Source: Candidatus Bathyarchaeia archaeon (GTDB lineage: Archaea > Thermoproteota > CALKCG01 > B24). Taken from it: 64,000 bases of DNA. The notes beneath the pieces were generated by a model that saw nothing but the letters and a program-made list of their open reading frames with translations, made no database searches and was not told the origin of the DNA. The position numbers and the translations under genes were made by a program. Shown piece by piece: positions 30,046-40,800 of this stretch (the stretch's first letter is position 1; each line of letters starts with the position of its first letter). The DNA is taken from positions 576,001 through 640,000 of the forward strand of contig JAVZJD010000001.1 in the NCBI GenBank assembly GCA_038870975.1, given 5' to 3'.

Positions 30046-31197
30046 ATGAGTGCAAAATGTACAGTTTTAGAATTGATCTTCGGAGTGATCGCCTTAGATG
30101 ATAAGATGAAGACCATAGACTATATACTCTTTCCAAACAATCCAGTAGAGTTGGCGGAGAGGCTTTACACCATGGAGGCTGGAGGAGTTGTAGATGAATT
30201 GGTAAAACTCGTTGAGAGGCTTAAAAGCAAGGGGTTCAAGTCTTTCATAGTAGAGCGTGAGCCATCAGCACGTTTTATACGAGAACGTTTAAACGTTGAG
30301 ACTGTAGTTGAAAGCCCGAGCACGATTGGGAGAATTGTTAGAAGAGAACTTGCATCTAAGGCATTAGAACTTGGATTTGTGAAAAATAGGGGCGAATATT
30401 TAGATGTTGTTCAAAAATCTTTAGACCTATTGGCAAGGAGAATTATAAGGGAACGGAGTGGGAGAGGAGACGTATATGTTATCCAGACGATACATGCACT
30501 AGAAGAGCTTGATAAAACGATAAACCTATTCTACGGACGGCTACGAGAATGGTATGGACTGTACTTCTCAGAGTTAAGCGATGCTGTGGAAACCCCTAAG
30601 GAGTATTTTAAAATAGTGTCTGAAATAGGTTGGAAGGAAAATATCAATATTGAAAGTTTGAGTAAAATTGGAATAAGCAAGAAGACGGCTTCAGCTGTTC
30701 TCGACGCTTTAAAAACATCTATAGACGTTGAAATGGATAGGCGGGACCTTGAGGAAATACAAGCAGTAGCTTCAACCGTTTTAAAACTCGTAAATCTTAG
30801 AGAGAGGCTGGAAAAATACGTGGAGGAAAGAATTAAAGAGATCTCTCCCAATCTATACGCATTAGTCGGACCGATATTGGCTGCTAAACTAATAGCTCAA
30901 GCAGGAGGCTTAGAAGCTCTGTCTAAAATGCCATCAAGTACAATCCAAGTGTTGGGGGCTGAAAAAGCCCTGTTTAGAGCCTTAAGAACTGGGTCGAAGC
31001 CTCCAAAGCACGGGCTCATATTTCAACATCCACTTATAAGGCAGAGTCCTAGGAAGCTTAGAGGAAGAATATCTAGAGTTTTAGCCGCTAAACTATCTAT
31101 TGCTGCTAGAATAGATGCATTCTCGGGGAAAGATGTTAGCAACAGGCTTAAGGAGGAACTTAACAAGAGGATTGAAGAAATTCTAAAGCAAGATTAG
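30046..31197 (+). CDS. nop5: Box C/D sRNP protein Nop5 (Nop56/58)
   Basis: RLREWY, PSSTIQVLGAEKALF, PKHGLIFQHP. Confidence 0.95.
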   Translation: MSAKCTVLELIFGVIALDDKMKTIDYILFPNNPVELAERLYTMEAGGVVDELVKLVERLKSKGFKSFIVEREPSARFIRERLNVETVVESPSTIGRIVRRELASKALELGFVKNRGEYLDVVQKSLDLLARRIIRERSGRGDVYVIQTIHALEELDKTINLFYGRLREWYGLYFSELSDAVETPKEYFKIVSEIGWKENINIESLSKIGISKKTASAVLDALKTSIDVEMDRRDLEEIQAVASTVLKLVNLRERLEKYVEERIKEISPNLYALVGPILAAKLIAQAGGLEALSKMPSSTIQVLGAEKALFRALRTGSKPPKHGLIFQHPLIRQSPRKLRGRISRVLAAKLSIAARIDAFSGKDVSNRLKEELNKRIEEILKQD

Positions 31198-31205
31198 CCA
31201 TTTTA

Positions 31206-31252
31206 AACGTCGTCAATATTATATACCAATTAAAATTGCATTTGACGACGTT
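31206..31252. repeat. 11-bp inverted repeat with 25-nt spacer between convergent nop5 and rpl37e
   Basis: AACGTCGTCAA ... TTGACGACGTT. Confidence 0.55.
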
Positions 31253-31439
31253 AGTTTTTTCTAAGCCTATTGATCGTTCTATTGCGCCAAGAGAAGTCTA
31301 AAAGCTTTCTGGAAGCACCAAAGCCACATGCAACACATTTGCGTTTTTTGACGTTGTAGGACCTACGTCCACACCTTCTGCAACGTATATGTAATGTTTC
31401 TCTTCCATATTTACCCATAGAGGGGGTTCCTTTAACCAC
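31251..31439 (-). CDS. rpl37e: 50S ribosomal protein L37e
   Basis: [15 protein letters not shown]...C-x-ACGFG. Confidence 0.95.
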   Translation of the reverse strand: MVKGTPSMGKYGRETLHIRCRRCGRRSYNVKKRKCVACGFGASRKLLDFSWRNRTINRLRKN

Positions 31440-31449
31440 GGTTGTTCAC

Positions 31450-31674
31450 CTAACCCGCTGGAGATATTATTACTACATTATCCCCCCTAAGTATAATAGG
31501 TCCTAAACTCTTAACCTCGCCATTTGACAGGATCTCTTCAGCATCTTCTAAGAAGAGGTTCATGTGTTGGTCGTAGCCCTCAAGCCGTCCTCTAATCCTT
31601 TTATCTCCCTTAAGTTTAACCAATACGATTTTACCTAAACTGTTCTCAAGAAGCTTTATAGACACGTCGGACAT
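31450..31674 (-). CDS. Sm-like protein SmAP1
   Basis: G-x-L-x-GYDQHMN and LRGDNV Sm motifs; conserved adjacency to rpl37e. Confidence 0.95.
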   Translation of the reverse strand: MSDVSIKLLENSLGKIVLVKLKGDKRIRGRLEGYDQHMNLFLEDAEEILSNGEVKSLGPIILRGDNVVIISPAG

Positions 31675-31760
31675 TAAGAGACACCGTTTAATGAAGAGTA
31701 GTGAGAATCTATAATATTAATCTTTTCCAAAAAATCAATAAGCCGTAATTTACCGACAGA

Positions 31761-32186
31761 CTACTTTCCAGACAACAATGTCCTCAAACTATCCGTAATA
31801 TCGTAGTTTAAAACCTCAGATTCTTCAACCCACACAGCTTCTGCAACCTCTTCCGATGGCTTAATGGGAGGGGTGCCCTCAACGTAGGCTGAGAAACATA
31901 TCAGTACGTAGTGGAATCGCACAGCGCCTTTTTTATCCCTCTCAATATAGTCTACAACGTTCAAAAGTTTACCAAGTTTAACCGTTAATCCAGTCTCCTC
32001 ATAGACTTCCCTTAAAGCCGCCTCACGTACAGTTTCACCGAGCTCGATTAAACCGCCTGGAACAGACCATCTTCCTGAGCCTGGATTGAATCGACGCTTA
32101 ATTAAGAGAACCTTACTTCCAGACTTAATAAAAACAGAGACTGCTACAACTGGTCTAACTGGATACTCTCTAGAGTTAAAAACCAT
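31761..32186 (-). CDS. Nudix hydrolase
   Basis: GG-x5-E-x7-REVYEETGL Nudix box. Confidence 0.9.
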   Translation of the reverse strand: MVFNSREYPVRPVVAVSVFIKSGSKVLLIKRRFNPGSGRWSVPGGLIELGETVREAALREVYEETGLTVKLGKLLNVVDYIERDKKGAVRFHYVLICFSAYVEGTPPIKPSEEVAEAVWVEESEVLNYDITDSLRTLLSGK

Positions 32187-32265
32187 TTTTCAATCACAGT
32201 ATTATAAACCCATCCTGAGTGAAAAACTTAATGAATATACTGTCTTAACTATAATGGGGTAAATA

Positions 32266-33577
32266 TTGGTCAGACTTTACGCCGATCTACATGTACATAG
32301 TAGGTATTCAGCTGCAACAAGTAGAGATATGACGATTGAGGAAATCGATTTCTACGCTACTATGAAAGGACTTAACATAGTTGGCACTGGAGACGCTTTA
32401 CATGGGTCTTGGCTTAAAGAACTTAAAAGTAAACTCACCGAAGTGGATGATTCTGGAATTTATAAAAGTAAGAGCGGAGGTTCAACACTTTTCATAGTTC
32501 AAACAGAAGTTGCTACTATTCATGAGTATGAGGGGAAAACTAGGAGGATACACCACGTCATAACTATGTCAAACCTAGACAAGGCAGAAGAACTTAGAGA
32601 AAAACTTAGAAGATATGGCGAATTGGATACAGATGGACGACCGATACTCTCAATTAGACCAGCTGAACTTGTGGAAATCCTCTTAGAGACAGATAGAAAC
32701 ATTGTTATTTTCCCGGCTCATGCTTGGACGCCATGGTGGGGTATATTCGGCTCCATAAGTGGAGTCAATAAAATGGAGGAATGCTATGAAGATATGGCTA
32801 AACATATAAATGCCCTTGAAACGGGTCTTAGCTCTGACCCATCTATGAACTGGAGGATTTCAGCTTTAGATAGATACACTCTTCTAAGCTTCTCAGATTC
32901 TCACAGTCCCTATCCATATAGATTGGGCAGGGAGGCTACTGTCTTCAATTTAAAGGAGAAGACATACAGAGAAATTGCCGAAGCGATTAAAAATAAAGAC
33001 CCTACGAAAATAGTGATGACAGTCGAAGTTAACCCGGCCTACGGGAAAGGCTTTAAACCCCCCGATGTACCATTGGTCGGGCCATAGAAAGTGTGGCATA
33101 GGACCACTATCGCCTGAAGAGGCCTCTAAACTTAAATATAAATGCCCTATCTGCGGTAGAACGCTTACGAAGGGTGTTGAAAGCAGAATTGAAGAGTTGG
33201 CCGACCGGCCTAGGGGATTTAAGCCTTATAACGCCATACCGTATGTTTCAACATTGCCGCTCCATGAGCTCATAGCATTGTCTCATGGTTTAGACCCATC
33301 TTATGAGGGAGCGTTATCCACTAAGAAGGTTTGGGAAACCTATCGAAACTTAACATCGAAACTTGGAAGTGAATATTTCATCCTTCTGGAGGCTTCACGT
33401 GAAGATATTTTGAAAATCACAGATAACATGAAGCTGGTTGAACTTATAACTGCTCAGAGAACAGGCTCCTTAAGGATAAAACCTGGTTTTGATGGGGTTT
33501 ACGGTAGACTCGTATTTGAAGCAGGCGAAGATGTGAAGATGATTAAAGCTTCAAAGAAGCTGGAGGACTTTTTATGA
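32266..33577 (+). CDS. endoQ: Endonuclease Q-family (PHP domain + Zn finger) DNA repair protein; predicted exons 32266-33047 and 33067-33577 (430 aa)
   Basis: DLHVHSRYS, GTGD, HH, PAHAWTP, ETGLSSD, SDSHS, then YG-K-YH-x-x-GHR-x-C, CPICG, KGV-x-x-R, PG-x-DG-x-YG. The two ORF halves join after removal of 19 nt. Confidence 0.88.
33048..33066 (+). other. Predicted 19-nt archaeal bulge-helix-bulge intron in endoQ mRNA
   Basis: Central helix CGGG(33042-45)/CCCG(33061-64); 3-nt bulges AAA(33046-48) and AUG(33065-67); flanking helices on both sides. Cutting after the 2nd bulge nt gives GGG AA|G TAC CAT. Confidence 0.85.
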
Positions 33578-33706
33578 AATACTTTACGAAAGAAGCTGGA
33601 GGCCTTGGCGTTCATAGTGGATCACACCGATCGAACGGATTTTTAAGTGTAATCTTGTAAGAATACTTATTATACCGTCTCCAATTCTTCTCCTCTTAAG
33701 AGCAGG

Positions 33707-35437
33707 TTGACTTTAGAATTCGAAATTAAAGATCGGGATGCTGGAGCTAGACTTGGCAAAATTAGAGTTAAGGGGAAAACTGTTGAAACTCCTCTCTTTC
33801 TGCCGGTCTATAATCCGAATATACCTATTATACCTCCTGTTGAAATGAAAGAGAAGTATGGTTTTAAAGCGATAATGACTAATGCATATATAATATATAA
33901 AAACGAGGCTTTAAGAGAGAAAGCTCTTAAGAATGGTATACATTCTTTTTTAAACTTCGATGGAATAGTATTTACGGATTCAGGTGCATATCAAAGCTTT
34001 AAGAGTAGATTAGCATTAAAACAAGAAGAAATAATTAGTTTTCAAGAGAAAATAAACGTTGACGTAGGAGTCATGTTGGATGTACCATCTCGCGGCGAAA
34101 GCTTCGAGGAATGTAGGGAAAGCGTTATAGAAACCGCTAAACGGGGGGAGGAGTGGTCTACTTTAAGGTCTAAAGGTAGGATTGCTTGGGAGGGTGTTAT
34201 ACAGGGCGGAGCCTATCCTGAGCTTTTAGAATTATCGTGTAGACTTATGTCCAACTTCGACTTTGACGTATTCGCTGTGGGAGTCCCGCCGAAATATTGG
34301 ATGAGTTATAACTTCGAGTTCATAGCTATCCAGGGATTGAATAGCAGGATTAATATTTCCCCGGAAAAACCCTTACATGCGTTTGGAATGGGTAATCCGA
34401 TAGTACTGTCTCTTCTAACAGCGATAGGTTATGACATATTTGACTCTGCCAGTTATGCTATTTACGCTAAAGACGGAAGATATATGACTGAGTGGGGTGT
34501 TAAGCGAATCGAAGAATTAGACTACCTACCGTGCAACTGCCCTCAATGTTCAAATAGAGACCTAGGTGAAATTAGAAGAATGGCTAAAGATGAGCGTATA
34601 AACTTCTTAGCGAGGCATAACCTTTATGCAATATGTAGGGAAATAAACGCTATAAAACAAGCCATAAGAGAGAATAGACTATGGGAGCTTGTCCAGCAAA
34701 GGGCGAGAGCTCATCCAAAAGTACTTGAAGCCCTCATAAGAGCCTTCAAAGATGGTTGGAGCTACTTTAAAATGGTAGACCCAATAAGGAAGAGGTCTGC
34801 CCTCTTCTACTCGGGTGAAGAGACGAGTTTAAGACCTGAACTTAGAAGAGCATTGGAGAGAGTTAAGAAGAGGCTTGGTTCTGATAAAGTCCCATCAGCT
34901 TTATCCGAGGTCTATCCTTTCGGACAATGCATTCTTAAAAATGAGATTCTAAACTTTGATGGGAAGGAATACAGCGACTTGGAGAAAATTAGGATAATAG
35001 CAGACTACCAGTTTGGTTCAGAAGTTGGATCGAGGCTAATACCTGATGATGCATTTATAGAGAAAAGCAGGCGTACTGGCAGAATTAGACGCATATGGAT
35101 TGGGGATAAACTTATAGGAGCAATAAGGCCTAGTGATGGCTTCATAAGTTTGGGCTTAGAAGGCGCTCTTAGACTTAGGAAGATCTTACAGCCTCCAAAG
35201 TATAGGGTTTATGTAGATGAAGATTTAAAGCTTATCCAAACGGTTAAATCAGGCGGAGATGTTTTCTCGAAATTTGTTACTAAATGCGACCCAGAGATAG
35301 TTCCAAAGGAGGAAGTTATGGTGGTTGACCAAAGCGATTCGCTGTTGGCTGTCGGCCAAGCAGTTTTAGCGGGCTTTGAAATGGGTAAGTTTAGAAGAGG
35401 CATTGCCGTTAAAGTTAGGAGGGGGATTGAAGGGTGA
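33707..35437 (+). CDS. tgtA: Archaeosine tRNA-guanine transglycosylase with PUA domain
   Basis: TNAYI, TDSG-x-YQ, IQGG, HAFGMG, FDSASY, C-x-C-x-x-C...HN, C-terminal PUA. Confidence 0.93.
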   Translation: MTLEFEIKDRDAGARLGKIRVKGKTVETPLFLPVYNPNIPIIPPVEMKEKYGFKAIMTNAYIIYKNEALREKALKNGIHSFLNFDGIVFTDSGAYQSFKSRLALKQEEIISFQEKINVDVGVMLDVPSRGESFEECRESVIETAKRGEEWSTLRSKGRIAWEGVIQGGAYPELLELSCRLMSNFDFDVFAVGVPPKYWMSYNFEFIAIQGLNSRINISPEKPLHAFGMGNPIVLSLLTAIGYDIFDSASYAIYAKDGRYMTEWGVKRIEELDYLPCNCPQCSNRDLGEIRRMAKDERINFLARHNLYAICREINAIKQAIRENRLWELVQQRARAHPKVLEALIRAFKDGWSYFKMVDPIRKRSALFYSGEETSLRPELRRALERVKKRLGSDKVPSALSEVYPFGQCILKNEILNFDGKEYSDLEKIRIIADYQFGSEVGSRLIPDDAFIEKSRRTGRIRRIWIGDKLIGAIRPSDGFISLGLEGALRLRKILQPPKYRVYVDEDLKLIQTVKSGGDVFSKFVTKCDPEIVPKEEVMVVDQSDSLLAVGQAVLAGFEMGKFRRGIAVKVRRGIEG

Positions 35438-36135
35438 AGACGAAGAGCTTCATCAAATTTTTTGATACTCCTGAGCTTGAAAATCCCATCCTTATAGAGG
35501 GGCTTCCAGGAATAGGTTTAGTTGCTAGCTTAGCCGCACACTATATTATAGAAAAGTTTAAAGCCAGTAAATTCTGCGACATTAAGTCGCCCTTCTTTAA
35601 GCCCATAGCTATTGTTGGCAGAAACGGTTATCTGAGACACCCAATAAGTAGCTTATTTTATGTTAAGATGCCGTCTGATGCCAGAGGAGACCTTATAATA
35701 CTATATGGAAATAGTCAGGCGTCTACATTTACAGGTCAAAATGATTTAGCCGAGACAATTATAGATTTAGCTTCCAAGTTTAGATGTAGTACCGTTGTGA
35801 CTCTTGGTGGATTTTCAACATTAACACCGTCAAGTCCACCCAAAGTTTACTATGCTACAAATTGCTTAGAGTATTCTTCAATATTTAGAGACATGGGTCT
35901 ACCGAAGTTATCTGGACGGGTATATGGAATAGCCGGAGTTTTAGCTGGTTTAGCTAAGCTTAGAGGAATGCGAAGTATCTGCCTACTTGGAGAAGTTAAG
36001 AGTGGAGAATTAGGTCGAGAAGCAGCAGAAGAAATTCTAAAAGTATTGAGTGTTTTTCTAAACTTCCATATTGAGCTAGCTAATTTAGAAAAATGTCTAG
36101 ACCACGTAAAGGAGGATGCTCTCGGTTTAGTATAG
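35434..36135 (+). CDS. PAC2-family proteasome assembly chaperone
   Basis: IEGLPGIGLVA, TLGG, CLLGE. Confidence 0.85.
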   Translation: MKTKSFIKFFDTPELENPILIEGLPGIGLVASLAAHYIIEKFKASKFCDIKSPFFKPIAIVGRNGYLRHPISSLFYVKMPSDARGDLIILYGNSQASTFTGQNDLAETIIDLASKFRCSTVVTLGGFSTLTPSSPPKVYYATNCLEYSSIFRDMGLPKLSGRVYGIAGVLAGLAKLRGMRSICLLGEVKSGELGREAAEEILKVLSVFLNFHIELANLEKCLDHVKEDALGLV

Positions 36136-36139
36136 TTTG

Positions 36140-36574
36140 CTATTCCGCTACTTCTCTAATGAACTCTTCATAAATCTTCTGAACTCTCTCAGCAGCTGGA
36201 CCTGAACCTTCAATTACTCCTTTCTCCGTGACCCTTATCTTATCCATAACTACTATTACACCCTGATCCTCATACAATTTGACGAGCCTTGGGAAAACTC
36301 TCTCAAGTCTTTCAGCCAGATTTCTGAGGCTTAAAGGTTTTTCAGACGTGTATACCTGTGCTATAATTCCACCACTTATTATAAGCCTATACATAACTGT
36401 TCCTTTTTCATCTCTAGCATCTCGAAGCGATAGATTCAATCTATCTGGATCGAAACCCGTTAAAATTCCCGTGTATTTTTTCCCATCTATTGTAATAACG
36501 GTGACGTTTTTATTTAATAAAGAAGCCATCTCTTCTGCAAACTTGCTTCTAGATACTAAGCTCACTTCCGACAC
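36140..36574 (-). CDS. Extended Sm-like protein (SmAP3-type)
   Basis: N-terminal Sm fold plus a C-terminal domain (VMDKIRVTEKGV-x-x-GSG). Confidence 0.85.
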   Translation of the reverse strand: MSEVSLVSRSKFAEEMASLLNKNVTVITIDGKKYTGILTGFDPDRLNLSLRDARDEKGTVMYRLIISGGIIAQVYTSEKPLSLRNLAERLERVFPRLVKLYEDQGVIVVMDKIRVTEKGVIEGSGPAAERVQKIYEEFIREVAE

Positions 36575-36727
36575 CCTTGAAATACTTATTAGAACATCTC
36601 AGTAAATTAAGAGTTATCCTACGACTCCATATAGAAGTCTCTCAGCTTTAAAACCAGCTTGTCTTTAAACAAAGAAGAGTTCGAATAAAATTTAAGGGCT
36701 TGAACAAGCACATATTACCAGATACAT

Positions 36728-37003
36728 TTGGGTAGGAGAAGAAGAAGGAAAGTTTTACGGACGTTTAGAAGAATTATACCAAAGGTTTTCACATGTCCAA
36801 TATGTGGGAGAAGGACAATAACCGTGCGGATAATTAGAGAGACAAATATTGCACATGTAGCATGCGGATCGTGTAAAATATCGGGCGATGTTGCACTCTC
36901 CGAGGGTATGACTGCTGTCGACGCGTATTGTACATGGTATGATGAAGTCGTGTCTGGGAAAGGGTCTGAAGAGGTTAAACAGGTAAGCTCTGAGGGGGTT
37001 TAA
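36728..37003 (+). CDS. elf1: Transcription elongation factor Elf1
   Basis: MGRRRR, F-x-CP-x-C...C-x-x-C, VDAY-x-x-WYD. Confidence 0.9.
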   Translation: MGRRRRRKVLRTFRRIIPKVFTCPICGRRTITVRIIRETNIAHVACGSCKISGDVALSEGMTAVDAYCTWYDEVVSGKGSEEVKQVSSEGV

Positions 37004-37045
37004 ATTCATACAATAGTGTATGGATGATGTAACCGGAGGCATACT

Positions 37046-37831
37046 ATGACCGTCAAATTGGGGAAAGTCGAAAAGTATTTGATTAAGAGGATTGATGAAG
37101 AGGGGGCTCTACATGTACCATTAATAGACCCTGAAAACGTTTCGCCAGAGAGAGCTGCTGAAATAAGCGTTATCGCTGAAAAAATGGGATCAGCAGCTAT
37201 AATGGTGGGTGGATCAACCGTTGCTTCCACCAGTAAATTAAACGATGTTATAAAACTTATTAGAGAAAAAATTTCAATACCAACGATACTATTTCCAAAC
37301 AATCTTTCAGGCATAAGTCCATATGCAGACGCCATATGGTTTATGTCGCTTCTAAACTCGTTAAATCCATACTACATAATAGGTGCACAGGTTTTAGGCG
37401 CCTCCGCCGTTAAAGAGTATGGATTAGAGCCGCTTCCTCTCGCATACTTAATCATAGGAGACGGGGGTGCGGCTGGATACATCGGCCAAGCCCACCCAAT
37501 ACCTTACGATAAACCCGAGATAGCGGCGTTATACGCATTAGCCGCCCAGTATCTCGGTATGAGATTCGTATATCTTGAAGCAGGATCTGGAGCGAAAAAT
37601 CCAGTTCCAGTTGAAATGGTTGCTTTAGTTAGAAAAACCATAAGCATCCCCATTATAGTTGGTGGTGGTTTAAGGCATCCAGATGCTGTAGAAGAGAGGG
37701 TTTACGCTGGTGCTGATATAATCGTAACTGGGACGGTGGTGGAGACGTCCATGGACGTCGAGAGCTCACTACGACTCTTCGTAGATTCTGTGAAGAGAGG
37801 TTTCAAGAGAAGATGCGAGAGGCAGATGTAA
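37046..37831 (+). CDS. Geranylgeranylglyceryl phosphate synthase
   Basis: LIDP, MVGGS, YLEAGSGA, VGGG-x-R, VTGT. Confidence 0.93.
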   Translation: MTVKLGKVEKYLIKRIDEEGALHVPLIDPENVSPERAAEISVIAEKMGSAAIMVGGSTVASTSKLNDVIKLIREKISIPTILFPNNLSGISPYADAIWFMSLLNSLNPYYIIGAQVLGASAVKEYGLEPLPLAYLIIGDGGAAGYIGQAHPIPYDKPEIAALYALAAQYLGMRFVYLEAGSGAKNPVPVEMVALVRKTISIPIIVGGGLRHPDAVEERVYAGADIIVTGTVVETSMDVESSLRLFVDSVKRGFKRRCERQM

Positions 37832-37832
37832 A

Positions 37833-40800
37833 TTGGAGCCTCAACCCGGTTTAAATTCATCAGACGAATATGAAGAATACTTTAAGACTATAGAGTTTCA
37901 ACTTAGAGCCCTTTACAATATTGCGCATGAAGCTAGGTCTAAAGGATTGGATCCAAATCCACAACCTGAGCCGAAACTCTCAAAGGATTTAGCTGAACGT
38001 GTAGAGTTTTTAGTTGGTCCCAAGGGAATTGCAGAGCGTATAAGGGAACTCAGTTCTACGATGAGTAGAGAGGCTTTAGCATTAAAGGTTTCAGAGGATA
38101 TAATCTATAAGGGCTACGGTAGATTAAGCCCAGAGAAAATTGCTGATCAGAGTTTAAGAACTGCTTTAGCCATAATAACTGAAGGTGTCACAGTAGCACC
38201 TGTTCAAGGAATATCAAAAGTTTCAATAAAAACGAATACGGACGGTTCTAAATACTTGGCTGTATATTTTGCAGGTCCTATAAGGCCTGCCGGGGGGACG
38301 GAACAAGCCTTCACAGTTGTAATAGCGGATTTTATTAGGAAAAAACTCGGGCTAGATAGGTGGAAGCCGTCTGAAGAAGAAGTCTTTAGACTCATAGAGG
38401 AGATTAGAACATATGAGAGGTTTATACGCCCCTTCCAGTATCAAGTTCCAGACAGCGTTTTAGAGAAGATAATTCGAAACCTACCCGTTGAAGTAACTGG
38501 TGTTGAGACAGACCCCGTTGAAGTAACATCTTACAGAGACTTACCTAGGGTCGAGACCAACAGAGTAAGAGGGGGAGCTTTGATAGTGCTTAATGACGGA
38601 TTGGCAGGTAGAGCTAGGAAACTTTTGAAGATTATAGAATCTCTTGGAATAGAAGACTGGAAGTGGATAGGGAATGTATGGAACTCCAATCAGAATGGAG
38701 GAAGCGTGGAAACCATAGAAACGATGTACCTTGAGGAGATACTTGCTGGTAGACCCGTCTTTGGATTTCCATCGAAATTCGGAGGATTTAGAGTAAGGTA
38801 TGGGCGTGCTAGGAATACTGGGTTTGCAGCACTAGGAATACATCCAGCAACCATGGTGATAGTTGATAGTTTCTTAGCAGTAGGTACTCAGATAAAAACT
38901 GAAAAACCAGGTAAAGCAGGCATAGTTGCATCAGTGGATTCTATAGAACCACCTATCGTTAAGCTCAAAGACGGTTCCGTTGTAAGAGTTGAGACAATTG
39001 AAGAAGCATTAAACGTCAAAGATAAGATTGATAAAATACTTTTTCTAGGGGATATTCTCATAAGCTTCTACGAGTTTCTTGAAAATAAGGCTAATCTACT
39101 TCCACCTGGTTTTACGGAAGAATTATGGAGTCAAATGCTCTTAAATAGTTTAAGAGAAAAATATGGATTAGACTACGAAAAGTTCAGTATAGCCTCTAAA
39201 ATATCTGTTAATAGGCTTAAAGCGTTTATAGAAGACCCGTTTTATACGAAGCCTTCACCTACCGAAGCTTTAACTATATCCCGTCTACTAGGAATACCCA
39301 TCCATCCGCGTTTTATTTACGCATGGGAAAATCTAACGTTTAAAGAGCTTAAACAACTGCGGAGGACCCTCTCAGAGGCTGAAATTGAATATGTTAATGG
39401 TATTATCAAACGATTGAGATTAAAGAACGATCAGATTATTAAAGACATTCTTGAGAGACTTCTTCTCCCCCACCGAGTGGCAGGAGGGTGGATAATCATA
39501 GAGGACGATGGCTACGTATTATATGAATGCCTAAAGCCCAATACGATGATAGATATAGACAGCTTGAATATAGACAACATTTTCAATGTAATATCTACGA
39601 TTTCAGGAGTTGAAGTTAAACCCAAATTCATAAGTTTCATAGGCGCCCGAATGGGTAGACCGGAGAAGGCCAATCGAAGACTCATGAAAACTTCAGTTCA
39701 CAGTTTATTTCCCATAGGTCTTGCGGGGGGATTTAGAAGAAACATAGTAGAAGCCGCCGAGAAAGACTTTGTAGAGGTTGAATTAGTCCACCGTAAATGC
39801 TCGACGTGCGGTTTTGAAACGTACAGACCAATTTGCCCTAGGTGTGGAGGTAAAACGACCGTTCAATATGGATGCCCAGCCTGTGGAAGACCATTGAGTG
39901 TAGACGCCGTATGTCCATCTTGTAAAACCCCTTCGTCTGCTTACAGGAAAATGCGTATAGCTCTAAAGAATGAATTGTATAATTCGCTAAGAAGCCTAGA
40001 TTCTCCAAAGCTGGAGACGATTAAAGGCGTTATTAAACTTATGAATGCTACTAGAACACCAGAACCCCTCGAAAAGGGAATATTGAGGGCCAAATATGAC
40101 CTGACGGTGTTTAAAGACGGTACCATTAGATTCGATATGACAAATGCTCCATTAACTCATTTCAAACCATCGGAGATAAATACGCCTATTCCCAAGCTTA
40201 AGGAGCTTGGATATTATAGGGATTTCAATGATAAACCACTTGAAAGCCCCGATCAAATATGTGAGCTTAAAATCCACGATATAATACTTCCAAAGAGCTG
40301 CGGTAAATATCTTGTGAAGGTGGCAAATTTCATAGATGAGTTGCTCGAAAAATTCTATAGGTTACCAACGTTCTATAACGTTAAAAACGAAAACGATCTC
40401 ATAGGGCACTTGGTTATTGGACTTGCTCCCCATACGTCAGTTGGCGTAGTCGGTAGAATCATAGGTTTTACCGATGCAAATGTATGCTTTGCCCATCCAT
40501 ATTGGCATGCTTGTAAGAGGAGAGATTGCGATGGAGATGAGGATTCCATTATGCTTGCTTTAGACAGCTTGATAAATTTCTCAGTTGAATATCTGCCAGC
40601 TCAAGTAGGGGGTTTAATGGATGCACCACTTATGATAACTTATAGGATTAATCCCTTAGAAGTTGACTCTGCGGTTCATAGTTTGGATGTTTCAGACAAG
40701 TACCCTATGGATTTTTACAGCATGTGTTTTAAAGAAGTCGACGCTAGGGAAGCTAAGGATTTAATAGAAATTGTTGAGAAAAGACTTAGCTCTAATATAC

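Noticed and set aside
33043-33067. Programmed ribosomal frameshift (TTTAAAC or C-run) as the explanation for the split endoQ
   Set aside because: A frameshift would leave about 6 extra residues inside the conserved GKYH motif, whereas BHB excision restores the motif exactly.
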